DNA of 64,000 nt from Octopus vulgaris. Its lineage: Eukaryota. The DNA lies in the NCBI GenBank assembly GCA_951406725.2, contig OX597814.1:71114001-71178000 (forward strand), written 5' to 3'. Positions 28,876 to 42,490 of this stretch are shown here, piece by piece. The position numbers were made by a program, and so were the translations under genes. The notes beneath the pieces were generated by a model. That model made no database searches, was not told the origin of the DNA, and worked only from the letters and a program-made list of their open reading frames with translations. Position 1 is the stretch's first letter. Each line of letters opens with the position of its first letter.

Positions 28876-29787
28876 CTTTAAACTAAACTTTAAACAACAC
28901 AAAACTTCTTTCTTTTTAGTCATATCATTAATTTATTTTGATTCCATGATTACATTGTACAACAGTTTTGTTGTTACTTTTAACACCTTGCGTAGCATCT
29001 GCTCGAAACCTTATATAATTATTGAGGTATTCTATACTGAATTACGAAATGTTTCTGATGAAATATTTTCAGTATTTTTAAGGACAAGCAGCCAGCTTAA
29101 CCCAGGGGCTAAAACCAAAGGTTAAAGTTTAAAATTCCAATGTTTTGTCACACATTATGAAATATTAATTATGAAATCTGGAGAATTTGTAGTTTTATTT
29201 TCGCATTTACACAAGTGGCAAATAAATAGCTGTCTCAGCAAAAGATTCGCAAATGAAAACATGACCACAGCTCTTTAAAAACATTGCTAGATGAAGTATG
29301 CTGTTTCCGACTCTATCAAGTGAAGTACTTCCTTTCTTAAACCCCTTTCAACTCAATTACTTCTACTTAACATGTAATTGTATCTCTTGTTTCTTCCAGA
29401 ATTCTTGAAGTGAGTTTGCAGTTCAGCCTTAAAATGAAGTGAGTGACCAGCTACACGTTAAATATATATTCGTTATGTTACCGATATATATTTAGACTCG
29501 CAGTGAAATTATCTTGTAGGTCTTCGCTATTAGTCTGTGTAAGAGATCTTCCTCCCTTTTCCCCTTTTTTCCAAAAAGAAAAAGAAAAATATTTTTCCTC
29601 TTTTAAACAAAGCAAAAAACACCCGATTCGTATAAATGAACAACGAAAAGTTCTGTTTTTACCATTTTGATTTTTGTCTTGAGTTCAATAAACGAACAAA
29701 AGCGCTAATAAAGAATCATCCAAAATTCTGACTGTCTCCTTCATCTCAATATACAGTATCTGTACACCACCTCAAACACTCTATACA

Positions 29788-29821
<34 letters not shown>

Positions 29822-29914
29822 CCGGAAAATAACCGGAAACGTTCTGTGCGGGGCAAGCCAGCTGTAGTTCAAACTTCCACCGCTAGAAGCCACTTGAGGC
29901 AAAGATTATTAACA

Positions 29915-31655
29915 GGAATGTGAAATTAGTGAAAACAATGAAACGGAATAAATTCGTTCCATTGTTTTTACTAATTTCCTATTCTTCTTAATAAACATTT
30001 GGACCGTTTCCAACCCTAACCGTCTTACTTCCTAAATGTCCGAATAGGTTCCTTTCTTAATATTTATTTCATAATATTATTTTTTTTTAATCTAGTATTT
30101 ACTATCTTAAGCATTTTAGGGCCCCTTACAACATACACCATCTTCTTATTCATTTATTTATTTATCTTACCCCTTATAAATAGCTGGTCTTTTGTTTTTA
30201 AATTTCAACCGACCAATTATATCGAACGTTGGACCTTGGCCTGTCTCACTTCGGACAAGCTTGCAACGATATTCTCTGAGAACAGGATAAAGTACATCTC
30301 ACTGTTACAAAGCGGACAAAAAGATTTACCTTTATCATATGGAAAAGATACAGAGAGAATATTCCATTCCAAATCAAATTGTTTATTATGATCCTTTAGA
30401 TACCAGATTAATTTACTCAGCCCAGTATTGTTCTGTTTATTGATATGTCTAAATGTAGAGTAATGATTAGATATTCTTTTGGACAACTGAAGAACTACCT
30501 CTATAAAAAAAGACATCGGAACCGGAAGTAATTTTACATTCAAAAATAGAATTTCTAGTCTTAGAATTACTGCTAAGAAAACGAATGCGATTGGAGTCAA
30601 CTTCAGAAACAATAACCTTGCTGTTAACAAAATCAATGTTAGTATTTTCATTAGGTGGATTTCTATTTAACAACTATGCGAAGAGATGATTTGTGAAAGA
30701 TTTTTTGTGTTAGAAAAACCTGTCCTGATTCGGTGTGAATAAATAATCGAATAATATCTTGAATTTCTTGGGAAATTCTTTTCTATAGCTTCACGAAACT
30801 CGTAAGGTTGGTTGGATTTGATCTGCTTACCATATGGAATTATTATCCAAGCAGTTATTAGGGTAATTAGCTTTAAAAGTCCTCGATGTACCTTTATAAT
30901 GAAAAAAGGGTCTTAAATAACAGCTATCTCCTTTACGCTGCAGATTTACATTACTCGATTTGGTGTTGTTATTCGAAATAAAATTAATATCGTTATGACT
31001 TGATTTCATGTCCTCATTAATAGAGATAGATTTTATGTCCCCATTAATAGATGTAGAATTAGGATCATAATAAACAATTTGATTTGGAATGGAATATTCT
31101 CTCTGTATCTTTTCCATATGATAAAGGTAAATCTTTTTGTCCGCTTTGTAACAGTGAAATGTACTTTATCCTGTTCTCAGAGAATCTCCTGGTAAACACA
31201 TTTATAGAGCGCTTTTATCGTTGCAAACATTGGCAGAAATATATCTTTAGTTCTTATAAGTGATTTCTACCATTCTTTGACTGTCTTCTTACATTTCACT
31301 TCCACTAAATATATCTACTTCCATGCCTTTAAGCTTTATTCTAGTTCGCCTATCGTTCTACATCTCTCCACTATTAGTTTTCTGCTAATTTCTTTCTTTC
31401 TCTTTCTTCTCTTCCTATAAACTACCTTTACGGTGTACCTATTAACGGATTTAAAAAAAAAAACTTGCTACCGTTCCCTTCATCATATTCGCAGTCATCA
31501 CATTCTGTTAAAATGTCTTATTGATGTGTTTGGTTTCTTTCTTTCCCTGATAAGAAGATTGCATTGTTTTATACCATTTTATTCCTTCTGGAATAACACC
31601 AATGTTTTCTTCGAAACATATGTCGAAAGTAAAAAGATTTAAATAGCACCTGCGT
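29915..31655. mobile_element. Penelope-like (Naiad-type) GIY-YIG element with inverted 3' duplication
   Basis: Minus strand 30265-31117 gives GFSNTKNLSQIISSH, IFECKI...FYRGSS, TGLSKLIWYLK and CPLC. Plus strand 31114-31263 repeats PYDKGKSFCPLC...CKHWQKY* and is followed by a UTR with an HHR. Confidence 0.8.
31541..31629 (+). ncRNA. Degenerate type I hammerhead, long stem II
   Basis: CUUUC c CUGAUAA GAAGA..CAUUG...CAAUG..UCUUC GAA ACAUAUGU C GAAAG; G8 is mutated. Confidence 0.6.
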
Positions 31656-31677
31656 TTAACTCCATTTATATAAATAT

Positions 31678-31840
31678 AGGCGTGGCTGTGTGGTAAGAAG
31701 CTTCCTTCCCAACGTCATGGTTCTGGGTTCAGCGTGGCAGCTTAGGCAAGTGCCTTCTACCATAGCCTCGGGCCGACCAAAACCTTGTGACTGGATTTGG
31801 TAGACGGAAACTGAAAGAAGCCCGTCGTATGTGTGTGCGT

Positions 31841-31890
<50 letters not shown>
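31678..31890 (+). mobile_element. SINE family B copy
   Basis: GGCGTGGCTGTGTGGTAAGAAGC...GGAAACTGAAAGAAGCCCGTCG followed by (GT)n. Confidence 0.85.
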
Positions 31891-31892
<2 letters not shown>

Positions 31893-32159
31893 GAAAAATA
31901 AGAAAATGGAGATATTGAAGTTATAAGAGTTTATTATCAGCAAAAATTTATCATTATCTCTTACAGCTGTTTCAATTAAGCGTAGTGAAAATTCAAAATA
32001 TTAAAATCATATTTCTGAGCTAATCTCTTCACAGAGGGAAAGAATGTACCCTTAGAAATATAATGTGTTAGTTGTTTGAATCATCACGGCAGACTGAATA
32101 ATGCTGTTTATAGTTAGTAATGGTATATGTCTAGGCGCGGGGTGGGGTGACAGGTTTGT

Positions 32160-33022
32160 TATAGGTAAGAGGACGATCAGCGATATTGCTGATGTTGTTG
32201 GTCTGTCGTATGGGTCTGTGCAAACAATCCTAACGTCTGAGTTGAACATGCGGCGTGTCTCTGCCAAGTTTATCCCCTGCTTGCTGACCACTGAGCAGAA
32301 AGTCTGTCAAAATCTCCATCAGCATGCCGCTGATGACCCATCCTTCATGTCGAGTATCATCTCTGGTTACGAGAGTTGGGTCTACGGGTATGACGCTGAG
32401 ACGAAGCAGCAGTCGTCACAAAGGAAGAGCGCGTCATCGCCACGACCGAAGAAGGCACGACAGAGCCGCAGCTTAATCAAGAGCATGCTCATCGGTTTTT
32501 TTGGGGGGGGGGGCATCCGTGGTATTGTGCATGAAAATTCGTCCCCTAGGGTCAGACTGTCAATCAAGAGTTCTACTGTAACGTTTTGAAGCGTTTGAAA
32601 GATATTCAGCGAAAGCGACTGGATCTGTGGAGTGCGAAGAACTGGATTCTTCATGGCAACAATCACCGAGCTTTCCTCACTCGTGAGTTTCTCGCCAAAA
32701 ACAACATGGTATCGTTTCTGTACCCGCCCTATTTGTCACATTCAGCACCTGTGGACTTCCATCTCTTCCCTAAGATGAAAATGTAGCTCAAAGGTCACCG
32801 CTTTAACACCGTTTTCGAGATCCAGAGCGAATCGTAGAAGATCCTCGTCTCGCTTACGGAGAACGATTTCCATACCATATTTCAAAAGTGGCAGGAACGC
32901 TGGGACCGGTGTATTGCTACGCAAGGTAACTATTTCGAAGGATATGATGTTAAAACTTAAGTAAATAAGTTTTTTTTTGTTAAACATAACTAGTCCGTGA
33001 ACCTTTTCGATACCACCTCGTA
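32160..33022 (+). mobile_element. Mariner transposase remnant with right TIR
   Basis: TISDIADVVGLSYGSVQTIL, ESWVYGYDAETKQQS, WILHGNN and YPPYLSHSAPVDFHLFPKMK; ends ...TTCGATACCACCTCGTA. Confidence 0.88.
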
Positions 33023-33029
33023 AATACAT

Positions 33030-33093
<64 letters not shown>

Positions 33094-33289
33094 TTTATCT
33101 TTTATCATTTACTTGTTTCAGTCATTAGGCTACGGCTGTGCTGGATCACAGCATTGAAGAAATTTTAGTCAAATTTTTAAAGTCTGCTACTTATTCTGTT
33201 GATCGCTAAGTTATGGGGACGTAAATACACCAGCACCGGTTGTCATGCAGTTGTGAGGAACAAATCAGACACACATACACACATGATAT

Positions 33290-33314
33290 ATAGAAAGATA
33301 ATAGATAGATAGAC

Positions 33315-33390
<76 letters not shown>
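33290..33390. repeat. (GATA)n microsatellite
   Basis: Direct reading. Confidence 0.95.
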
Positions 33391-33392
<2 letters not shown>

Positions 33393-33695
33393 CTTTCTTT
33401 TATTAGCCACACAGGGCTGAATACAGAGGGGACAAATACAAATGCAGAGCTTTTCTTTTCGAGGGTGGAAAAAAAAGAAAATAAATGTAAGATTGCGATC
33501 AAAAGGGATCGAGAGGAGGAAAAAAAGGAAAAAAAAGGAAATCGTGTATCACAGAAATAATGATATAAACATTGATATAACAAAGTTGGGTTCATCCGTG
33601 GGAAGAAAAGCCTACAGAAAAGACCACGGGAACCCCAGTCAGGGAGGAAATAACCACATGAGATCAAAATGCTCTCTTTCTTTCTTTTTTACGAT

Positions 33696-36600
33696 CTACA
33701 GGATCATGCTCAAAATGGTTTCGTTACTAGCACGCACCATCTTTGCAACATTCACCCATCTTTTTTTGAATCTTTCGCGAGACAAAACTTCCCTCTCCAT
33801 TCTCACCTTCCTTTTCAAGTGGTACTTGAAAAAGTTGATGAGCGATTGGCCAGAGAGGTAAGTGTTTGTCTCTAATCCTTTCGCTCGAGTCCACCACACA
33901 CATTCTTTCACCATGGCCACCAGTACGATGAAAACTGCCTTGCCTTCCCGGTTGAGGGAAGGGGGCGGAGCAATTCTGACGATAGACTCGGCCGATAGGC
34001 GGATTCGTCCCACACGTGACAGCAGCCGTTCGGCATAAGCCCACAGGTCGGAAATGGTTGGACATTGCACGAGTGCGTGCAGAGCGGTTTCGTCGCTCTG
34101 ACCTCATCTCGGGCAAGTCGGTCCAGTGTGTCTGGAACCGTGTCTGTAGAGCTTATCCCGAACAGGTAATGCTTCTCGATAGCACTGCCAGGCCAGGGAT
34201 TTTTGGTGATTGTTCATAGGTCCCGGCCCGAAAGTTGTCCTGAACAGGCGGGTCAGGTGTTCCTCGTCGACGCCCAGACTCTGCCCGAGTTCGTCGTCGC
34301 ACCTCCCCTCCACTAATCCTCTATAGAATGCCTTTGTTGTGATGGAGTCGCACAAGTTCGATCCCGGACGGCAGAGTTGCTTGAGAGCAACGCGACACTC
34401 ACGGTGCCATTCGCCTAGCCTCGGTCTCTGCTTGATCCATGACTGTAGTTCGTCCAAGGAGACAAGCTGCGGGAAAGCGCGCCGCACAAAAGGCGACCAC
34501 ACCTGTTCACCGTTGTCTATGAAGCGCCGGAGATGTCGCAGTCTCAGCGCATGTCTGCGCATCATCAACCACGGCATGCCCAGCCCTCCATTTAGCGGGT
34601 GTTGGCAGCAAATGGATCGCCTAACCATCGGAACGTTTCCCTTCCACAAGAAGCGGAAGAGTATACGTTCCAGTTTGGTGATGGTAGGGTCGGGACAAGG
34701 CACGACGGTCAGACGATACTCGATGACGGATGCGATATACGCGTTCGCCACCTCCGCCCGACCTTTTAGGGATAGCTTTCTCTCAGCCCATTTCTGGGTG
34801 AGAGTAGCCACCCTAGTCGTTATCTCGCCCCAGTTCTTCTCCATTTGGAGGTCCGGACCGAACCAGACCCCGAGCAATTTAACCGGTCCGTCCGTCCAGC
34901 GTCCCATGATGGAGACGCTGTTGGACGGCATGGGCTTGCTTCTCCAGGTGCCGAGCCGCAAGCCCACTGGCTTTTCCCGGTTAATTTTTGCTCCCGTTAC
35001 CGCTTCGTATTCTTTTAGTGTCTCGCCGACCAGCTCGATGTGCTCGTAGCTCGACACTATGACGGTGACGTCATCCGCGTATGCAGACAGTTTCCGCAGT
35101 AGTGGCTCAAGAGTAAGTACATACAGCAGCGATGAGAGGGGGCATCCCTGACGAACCGAACGCATGATGTTAAAAGGTCTGGATAGATGACCATTTACGC
35201 GAACTACTGAGCGGATGCCGCTGTATAAGGCAGCGATCCAACCGCGGAAAACTGGACCGAAACCAGCCGCTTTAAGGACAGCCTCCAAGTAGTGATGGTC
35301 TACCCTATCGAAGGCTTTTGATTGATCCACATTGATCAGCGCCCCACCCATGCCAGGATTTTTAACTACCCTGTCTATGATGTAGCGCATTAGATGGAGG
35401 TTGTCATGAATATTTCTACCCGGCACGGCGCATGTTTGCGCCTTGTCGATTAGTTTCTTGATGACAAGCGCCAATCTCTCGGCTAACACCTTGGCCAAAA
35501 TTTTCAAATCTGCGTTGAGCAGAGTGATGGGCCTGAAATTATCTATGACGTCCCCCTTGTTTGGGTCTTTCTTGATCAGTGCCACTGCTCCTCGCTTTAC
35601 AAAAGCAGGAATACTCCCGTTCTGCTGCCAGTTGCAGTAGACAGCTGCCAAGACGCCTCCAAACAAGTCTGGCATATGAAAATAAAGTTCGTAGGGCAGA
35701 CCATCCAAGCCTGGTGACTTGTCTCTCGCGCAGCCTACCATCGCATCCTGTACGTCCGCAGCTGTGATAGGCTTTTCACAAGACTCCACCTCTCTTGCTG
35801 AGAGTCGTGGCAAGGCATGCAGGTAGGCACTAAAGTCCACTCTGCGTTCTGACTCACCACTTGTCCCAAACAGTTGGGTGAAGTGTTGTTGAAAAGCCCC
35901 ACACATCCTTTTAAGCTCGAGCAATTCGCGCCCCTGTTCATCTATAAGAGACTTGATGGTGGCTCTGTTGCCTCGTTGCGTCTCCACCACTCGGGCCTCT
36001 TGGGCGGCTCCAACTCCTTCGTTCCTCAGAGCACGCATCCTAGCTCTGACAACGCATCCTTTGTGTTTGGCGTTGAGGTGTTGGTCGAGGGCCAATCTCG
36101 CCGCCAGCACGTTGGACGCGATGCCAGTTCTAAGTGCCTCTTCTAAAACCTTAACTAATTCTCCCTCTATTCTATTTCGGTCTAATGCTAGGGCTCTACT
36201 GTATCTGACTGATTCTGCTTTAATTGCTTTTTTAGGGCATACCACCATCTGTTGTTGATGATGGTACCCGTCAAAGCTCTCTTAACTAATGTGCTGATCC
36301 GGTCCCTGTAAACCTGTCGTGCTGTAAAAGACGCGTTCAGTTTCCAGTAACCAGGACCCTGCCTATGTGTCTTATCTAAGTCAAGTGTACAAGTCACAAA
36401 CTTGTGATCTGTGTAACTGACTATATGAAATTGTGGACAACCTACACTATTTTTATCTATTGTCCTACAGAATACTCTATCTAAGTATGATCTGGACGAC
36501 CCGATGCGGTTACTCCATGTCCACATTGGCACATTCGGGTGGTCCAGTCGGTACCTGTCAGACAGTTGGAAACGTCTGAGCAGGTCTTTGAGGCATTTGC

Positions 36601-37102
36601 ATCCCCTTCTATTGCTATCTCTGCCCACGTAGTCTAGATGCGTGTCCAGGGTGGCATTCCAATCCCCCACTAAAAGTAATGGACGAGACGTTCCCATGAA
36701 AGACTCTAGACGTCGAAAGAAATCTGGTCGGCCTGTTAAGGACGGAGCATAAACTGCTATCAGTCGAAAAGCATACTCATTGCTGCCATCGACATCCAAA
36801 ACGACCAAACTACCCTCCGGGTCTAGGAAATTTGCTCTTACTTTGAGATCCAGACTCTTCCGGATAAGCACCGCGGTGCCACCTCCGCCCATTCTCGGTA
36901 GACACGGAGAAAAATAAATGTTGAAATGTGTACCGAAAATGTGCTGGAGTGCCCGCAAGCTGTGGAGTCTGGTCTCACTGATGGCTATGATATTCAGATT
37001 TAGTGACTTGATGTCATTTAACAGGTAGCCTTGTTTCCAAGGCGACCCCAAGCCACGTACATTTATACTACCTATTCTGAGCATGTTCCGATAAAAGTGC
37101 AA
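33696..37102 (-). pseudogene. Tx1 ORF2 (APE endonuclease, RT, zf-RVT), frameshifted near 36200 and 34110
   Basis: SINVRGL, SETRL, GDWN, SYLDR, TDH, WKLN; KSPGLDGLPYELY, DQSKAFDRVDH, VRQGCPLS, AYADD; CPR...HA..QC. Confidence 0.9.
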
Positions 37103-37126
37103 AAAAGGAAAGAGAGAGAGAAAAGG

Positions 37127-39326
37127 TTACTTGTTTTTCGAAAGTTCTTTGTCTTTCACATCACGGTCTTCTTCTATGAGGCTTTTGTACAGTTTTTTCG
37201 ATGAGTACTTTTGAAATCTCCCTACTGCATCAGGGTAAAGAGATTTCAGGGTGCTGTATGTGTTCTGTGTCACGTGTATTATTTTAATGTGTTGTGGTGG
37301 TGTTGTGTGTGGGTGGTTACTTGTTTTTATGTCATTTTCAGTAATGTTAGTGTTTGACCTAATGTGTTCTATTAGGTCGTGGTTGTTTGTGTTTATGGCT
37401 GTCAACATTGTTGGGGGGTTTGATGATGGTGTGTTTGTGTTGATGTGTGTGTTTTCTGTGGATGTTTTTGTTTCGGGAGTGGTGTATCTTCCCGCTTTGT
37501 TTGTTATTTTTTCTTTTCTTTTTTTCCCCTTTTCTTCTCCCCCCTGTGGCTATTTGCCAATCTTCCGTGTCTTCTTCGTCTAATGACAAATCAGACGAAT
37601 CGGAGCCTGGAAGAGGGAAAATATTGGGGTCTATTGTCGACTGTGTTGATTTTGTTGTTGGTGTTGGTTGGTGAGCGTTTGGTTGTGGTGTATGCGGTTT
37701 TGGAGGTGGGGTTTGGGTATTTTGTGTTTGAGTGATTGTAGGTATTGTTGTGTTGTTTGGGGTCTCAATTTTGTGGGGATTTGGAGTTGTAATTGTTTCT
37801 TCATTTTTGCTGGGTGTCTTTTTGGCAGATGTCCTTGGTTTGGGAGTTGGTATATTCTTGGTTGTTGTTGTTGGTGATGCTGCTTCTGTTCTTGGTGCTG
37901 CAGTTGGTGTGGTTGTTTGTTTGGTGAGGTTTGTTCCTGCAAAAAGTGGTGTGGGTAGTAAACCTTGTTTATTTGTTTTTGTTTCCGGCTGCTGTTGTTG
38001 TTGCTGTTGTTTTCTTGCGGCAGATTTGCAGTCTTTTTTTAGGTGTTGCTCACTGCCGCATATGTAGCAACGTGGTCTTCTGCCATCGACGACCACATAT
38101 AACTTGTGGTCGTCTGATACACATATCTGGGTGGGTATTTTTTTTATATCTTCATGATGTATATGTAGAAGAAATTCTACTTTTTTTCCCACCCAGTTTT
38201 TATGCTCTGTGACCGTGGTTTCCAAAATAGTAAAATTCGTCATTTTTACGCATAAGGCCTTTACAAGCCATAGATTATTGGCTATTTTGGGGACATTGTT
38301 TAAAGTGATCTTAGTCACTTTCTGTCCCCGATAGCTTGGTGTAAGTTGGAGTTCATCTGAGTGAAGAGTTAGCGTTGAGAAACGTCTAGCTAACTCTTCG
38401 GTGTAGAAAACAACTTGTATGTGGGCAAATTTGTTCCACCAGGTTACATATTCTTTGTGATTCCAGATGGGTTTCAAGCACTTCTCTATTTTGCTTGTGT
38501 TAGCCTTCTCTGGGCTTTTTGTTTTCTTGTTTACTATTTTATAAATGATTGTTCGTCTTTTTTCATCTTCCAAAATGTCTTCTGGTATGTTTATCTTCAC
38601 TATACCATCTGATTCTGTTATTTTAATGTTCGTGTCCTGTATTTGTTGAGCCGTAAAATATATTGTTGTTTTTTTTTCTTTAATCGCCTCAGCGAAATTT
38701 GTTGTTGTTTTGTTATTGTTGTTGCTTGTGGTGATGTTGTTGTTGGCTGCAGTTTGTAAAATTGGTGTGTTTGGTTCGATTGTGCAAGTAGGAAGGGGTG
38801 GAAAATTATTTTCGTAATTTATCCCTGTACTCAAGCAGCTTTTGTCAATTTGTTTGGTAGCTACAGATTTTTGTTTATTCACTTCAGTTCTTGTTGTTGG
38901 AGTAAAACAGGTCTGAACGGAATTGTTGTTGTTGTTATTGTTGTTTTTGTTGTTGGTGGTGGTGTCAGTGGCAGAAGAGGCAGCCGAGGCAGCAGATGTC
39001 GAAATGGCGCAATTTTTATTTTTGCTGTCATTGTTATTGTTGTTGCTGTTGGTAGTTGAGGTAGTGGATGAGGTGGCGGCGGTGGTGGTGGTGGTGGTGG
39101 TGGTGAAGGCGGTGGTGGTAACAGTAGAAGTGTCTATGTTGTTCTTGCTAGTGGCGGTGTTGGTGACAATGCTGTTACTCCACGTAGTAGTAGCGTTCAA
39201 TACACATTCATTCATAATTTTACGTCGCGCGCAAAATTCTTTTTTTTCTCCTAGCTTTTCCAGTCTAGGAGAAATCTGGTCGATAGAGGAACGCGACCAT
39301 TGTTCCACGATAAAATTTCTAGACAT
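37127..39326 (-). pseudogene. Tx1 ORF1 (gag-like, CCHC zinc knuckle, low-complexity T/N/P tracts)
   Basis: 655-aa ORF with RCYICGSEQHLKKDC, continued after a frameshift by 37127-37408. Confidence 0.8.
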
Positions 39327-39529
39327 TTTCTAATGTCAAGAATAAAATAACAGAAATGAAATGGGGTCGAAACTGCCCCTAGGGGCGAATTCCTCCCTTG
39401 GAAAAGCACTCAAATGAAAGTTGGGTGCCTTACACAACTTATTCACAAAAATGTACAGAAAAATTGGGCTATAAATAGTCAAAATAAAGAATTACCTTCG
39501 GAGTCGATGAGACAACACATCCATAGACA

Positions 39530-39530
39530 G

Positions 39531-39628
<98 letters not shown>

Positions 39629-39638
39629 GCAGTCAAAC

Positions 39639-39715
<77 letters not shown>
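39530..39715. repeat. (GATA)n/(GACA)n microsatellite
   Basis: Direct reading. Confidence 0.95.
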
Positions 39716-39716
<1 letters not shown>

Positions 39717-40020
39717 GTTTCTTCATTACCCACACAGGGTCGAACACAGAGGTGACAAAATACAATGTAGAGCTTTTCTTTTCGAAGGAAAAAGAAGAAA
39801 ACAGAAAAAAGGGGAGAAAATAAATTTCCAATCAAAAGGGATCGTGTATAAAAAAAACGGTCAAAAGGGATCGTGTATCACAGAAAATATCAAAAAGGAA
39901 GAAATAAATTATTAGGTTTATCTGTGGAAAGAAAAGCTTACGAAAAAGCTCACAGCAACCTCAGGTAGGGAAGGAAAAGAAAAAAACACGAGTGCAAATA
40001 AATATATGGCACTCAATTTT
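39716..40020 (-). mobile_element. 3' UTR fragment of a second, diverged Tx1-family copy
   Basis: Colinear with 33391-33660 (CCACACAGGG..GACAAA..AGAGCTTTTCTTTTCGA..GGGATCGTGTATCACAGAAA). Confidence 0.8.
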
Positions 40021-40040
40021 TGGAGAATAGTAGTATATCA

Positions 40041-41163
40041 TAAGAAATATTGAATTTCTAAATCTCTCGTAGAGACATGTACGGTGGTGGGGCGATAGAA
40101 TGGTTGTATACTGTCAATCTAACAAGAACGTGACAGTAGGGGGTACACCACCGCTGTATAGCCCTAGGAAGCATCGAACGCCTCCTGATAGCTTTGACAC
40201 ATTTTTTCCCTGTGTCCTTATATAGATATACGAAGGGGAGACAAAGACCTCCGGCTGCTGGAACTGCATCTAGGGACACCGTGTTTCAGGATCATTGTCC
40301 TTCATCGGCCTAGAGTAGCAGACACCGGTCAGCTGGTGATATTTGCCTCGACTTCGTAATTCTATATATCTATATTCAGTGAAGTTTATTCACTGATTAT
40401 CAAAATAAGAAATATTGAATTTCTAAATCTCTCGTAGAGACATGTACGGTGGTGGGGCGATAGAATGGTTGTATACTGTCAATCTAACAAGAACGTGACA
40501 GTAGGGGGTACACTGTCTCCCCTTCGTATATCTATATAAGGACACAGGGAAAAAATGTGTCAAAATAGGAAATAAGAAATGTGTCAAAATAAGAAATGTG
40601 TCAAAATAAGAAATATTGGATTTCTAAATCTCTCGTAGAGACAGCCGGGGTGTTTGTCTCCCCTTCGTATATCTATATAAGGACACAGGGAAAAAATGTG
40701 TCAAAGCTATCAGGAGGCGTTCGATGCTTCCTAGGGCTATACAGCGGTGGTGTACCCCCTACTGTCACGTTCTTGTTAGATTGACAGTATACAACCATTC
40801 TATCGCCCCACCACCGTACATGTCTCTACGAGAGATTTAGAAATTCAATATTTCTTATTTTGATAATCAGTGAATAAACTTCACTGAATATAGATATATA
40901 GAATTACGAAGTCGAGGCAAATATCACCAGCTGACCGGTGTCTGCTACTCTAGGCCGATGAAGGACAATGATCCTGAAACACGGTGTCCTAGATGCAGTT
41001 CCGGCAGCCGGAGGTCTTTGTCTCCCCTTCGTATATCTATATAAGGACACAGGGAAAAATGTGTCAAAGCTATCAGGAGGCGTTCGATGCTTCCTAGGGC
41101 TATACAGCGGTGGTGTACCCCCTACTGTCACGTTCTTGTTAGATTGACAGTATACAACCATTC
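40041..41163. mobile_element. Retrozyme-like 365-bp HHR unit as a direct plus inverted concatemer with 12-bp TSD
   Basis: Unit starts at 40041 and 40406; inverted run about 40654-41162; TSD AGTAGTATATCA at 40029-40040 and 41164-41175. Confidence 0.85.
40269..40314 (-). ncRNA. Type I hammerhead, CCGAUGA core variant (second copy 40949-40993 +)
   Basis: UCUAGG CCGAUGA AGGA caauga UCCU GAA ACACGGUGU C CCUAGA. Confidence 0.8.
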
Positions 41164-42490
41164 AGTAGTATATCAAATTATATTAAATTATTGAATATTA
41201 AATAACTAAATTAAAACTGTTATGTACCCCAAAACAAGATAGACACTTATAAGATTAAATGTGTGTGTGTATATACATGAATCTATGGGCGTGAATGTAT
41301 GCAGATATTATACTTGGGGATATTTATGTATGCATGTGTGTATGTGTGTACATATATATATATGTATATATATGTGTATGTGTATATATATATGTGTGTG
41401 TATATGCATATATATGTGTGTGTGTGTGTGAGGGCTGTATATGTATGTGTGTATATGTATATATACATATATGTGTGTGTGTATAGATATCTGTATCTGT
41501 ACATATGCTTAGTAGTGTATGTATATATTTACTAGGGTTTAACTGTAAATATGTGTGGAGATATGTGTGTAATTCCATATTTTAATGCTGTGTGTTTCAT
41601 GCTGTGCTGTATGAGACATACTTATATATATGTGCACGAGTAAGTATATACGCATACACATATACTATAAACTTATAAAGCCAGTAACTTGTAGTGGCGG
41701 ATTTGTGTAAACTGACCACTCACCACAACGATATCAAATTATAACCTCGAAACTAAGAAGTGATTTATGACTATTACCACCCCATCAAAGCCAAAATCGT
41801 ATTCTCAACATCTTATCTCTTTATCTCTTACTCTACCTTATAGTCTCAATTCTTTTATTATTGTTTTTATATATTTTTTTTATTTTTTATATTACTTTAT
41901 CCTTATTTGGCTAATTCTTATTTATATGTGGTTCTAACTTAATTATCCTTATTTTTACTTTCTTTAATTTTTTTACTATTTTTTGCGTTTTTTTTTATTT
42001 TATTACCCCTGTCTTTTGCTTCCATTGTCTTTTACATCCAGTACCCTTGCCCTTTATTTCTTATTTTTTTACTTTTTTAACGTTTATTTTTTAACGTTTA
42101 TTTTTCTCTCTATTTTCTCTTCTCTCTTTTTTCTCTCTATTTTCTCTTCTCTCTTTTTTCTCTCTATTTTCTTCTCTCTCTATTTTTCTTTTTTCTTTTT
42201 TCCTTTTTTCTTTCTTTCTATCTTTTTTCTTTCTATTTTCCTTCCTATCTTTACAAGAGAAGTGATTATAAACACATTCCAATATATTTAACATTCACTC
42301 TATGTTGACTGGTGATACAGTATTGGCAGATTTTCGAAATCCAATGAATCTTTATACAGTTATACAGTTACGAAATTTTACAAACACAATTTCTCAAGGA
42401 GATATGATATATATATATTATAATGGGTAATACTACATGTACTTTTCATATTTTTTATAGTGTGATGTAACTCTTTGGAATAACAATGTT

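Larger units (their letters stand above)
33391..39525 (-). mobile_element. Near full-length Tx1-type LINE between (GATA)n tracts
   Basis: ORF1 plus ORF2 (APE-RT-zf-RVT/CCHC) with a few frameshifts. Confidence 0.92.

Noticed and set aside
29995-30045. Hammerhead-like remnant (GAAACGGUC with an ACAUUU/AAAUGU stem)
   Set aside because: The CUGANGA core is not recognisable.
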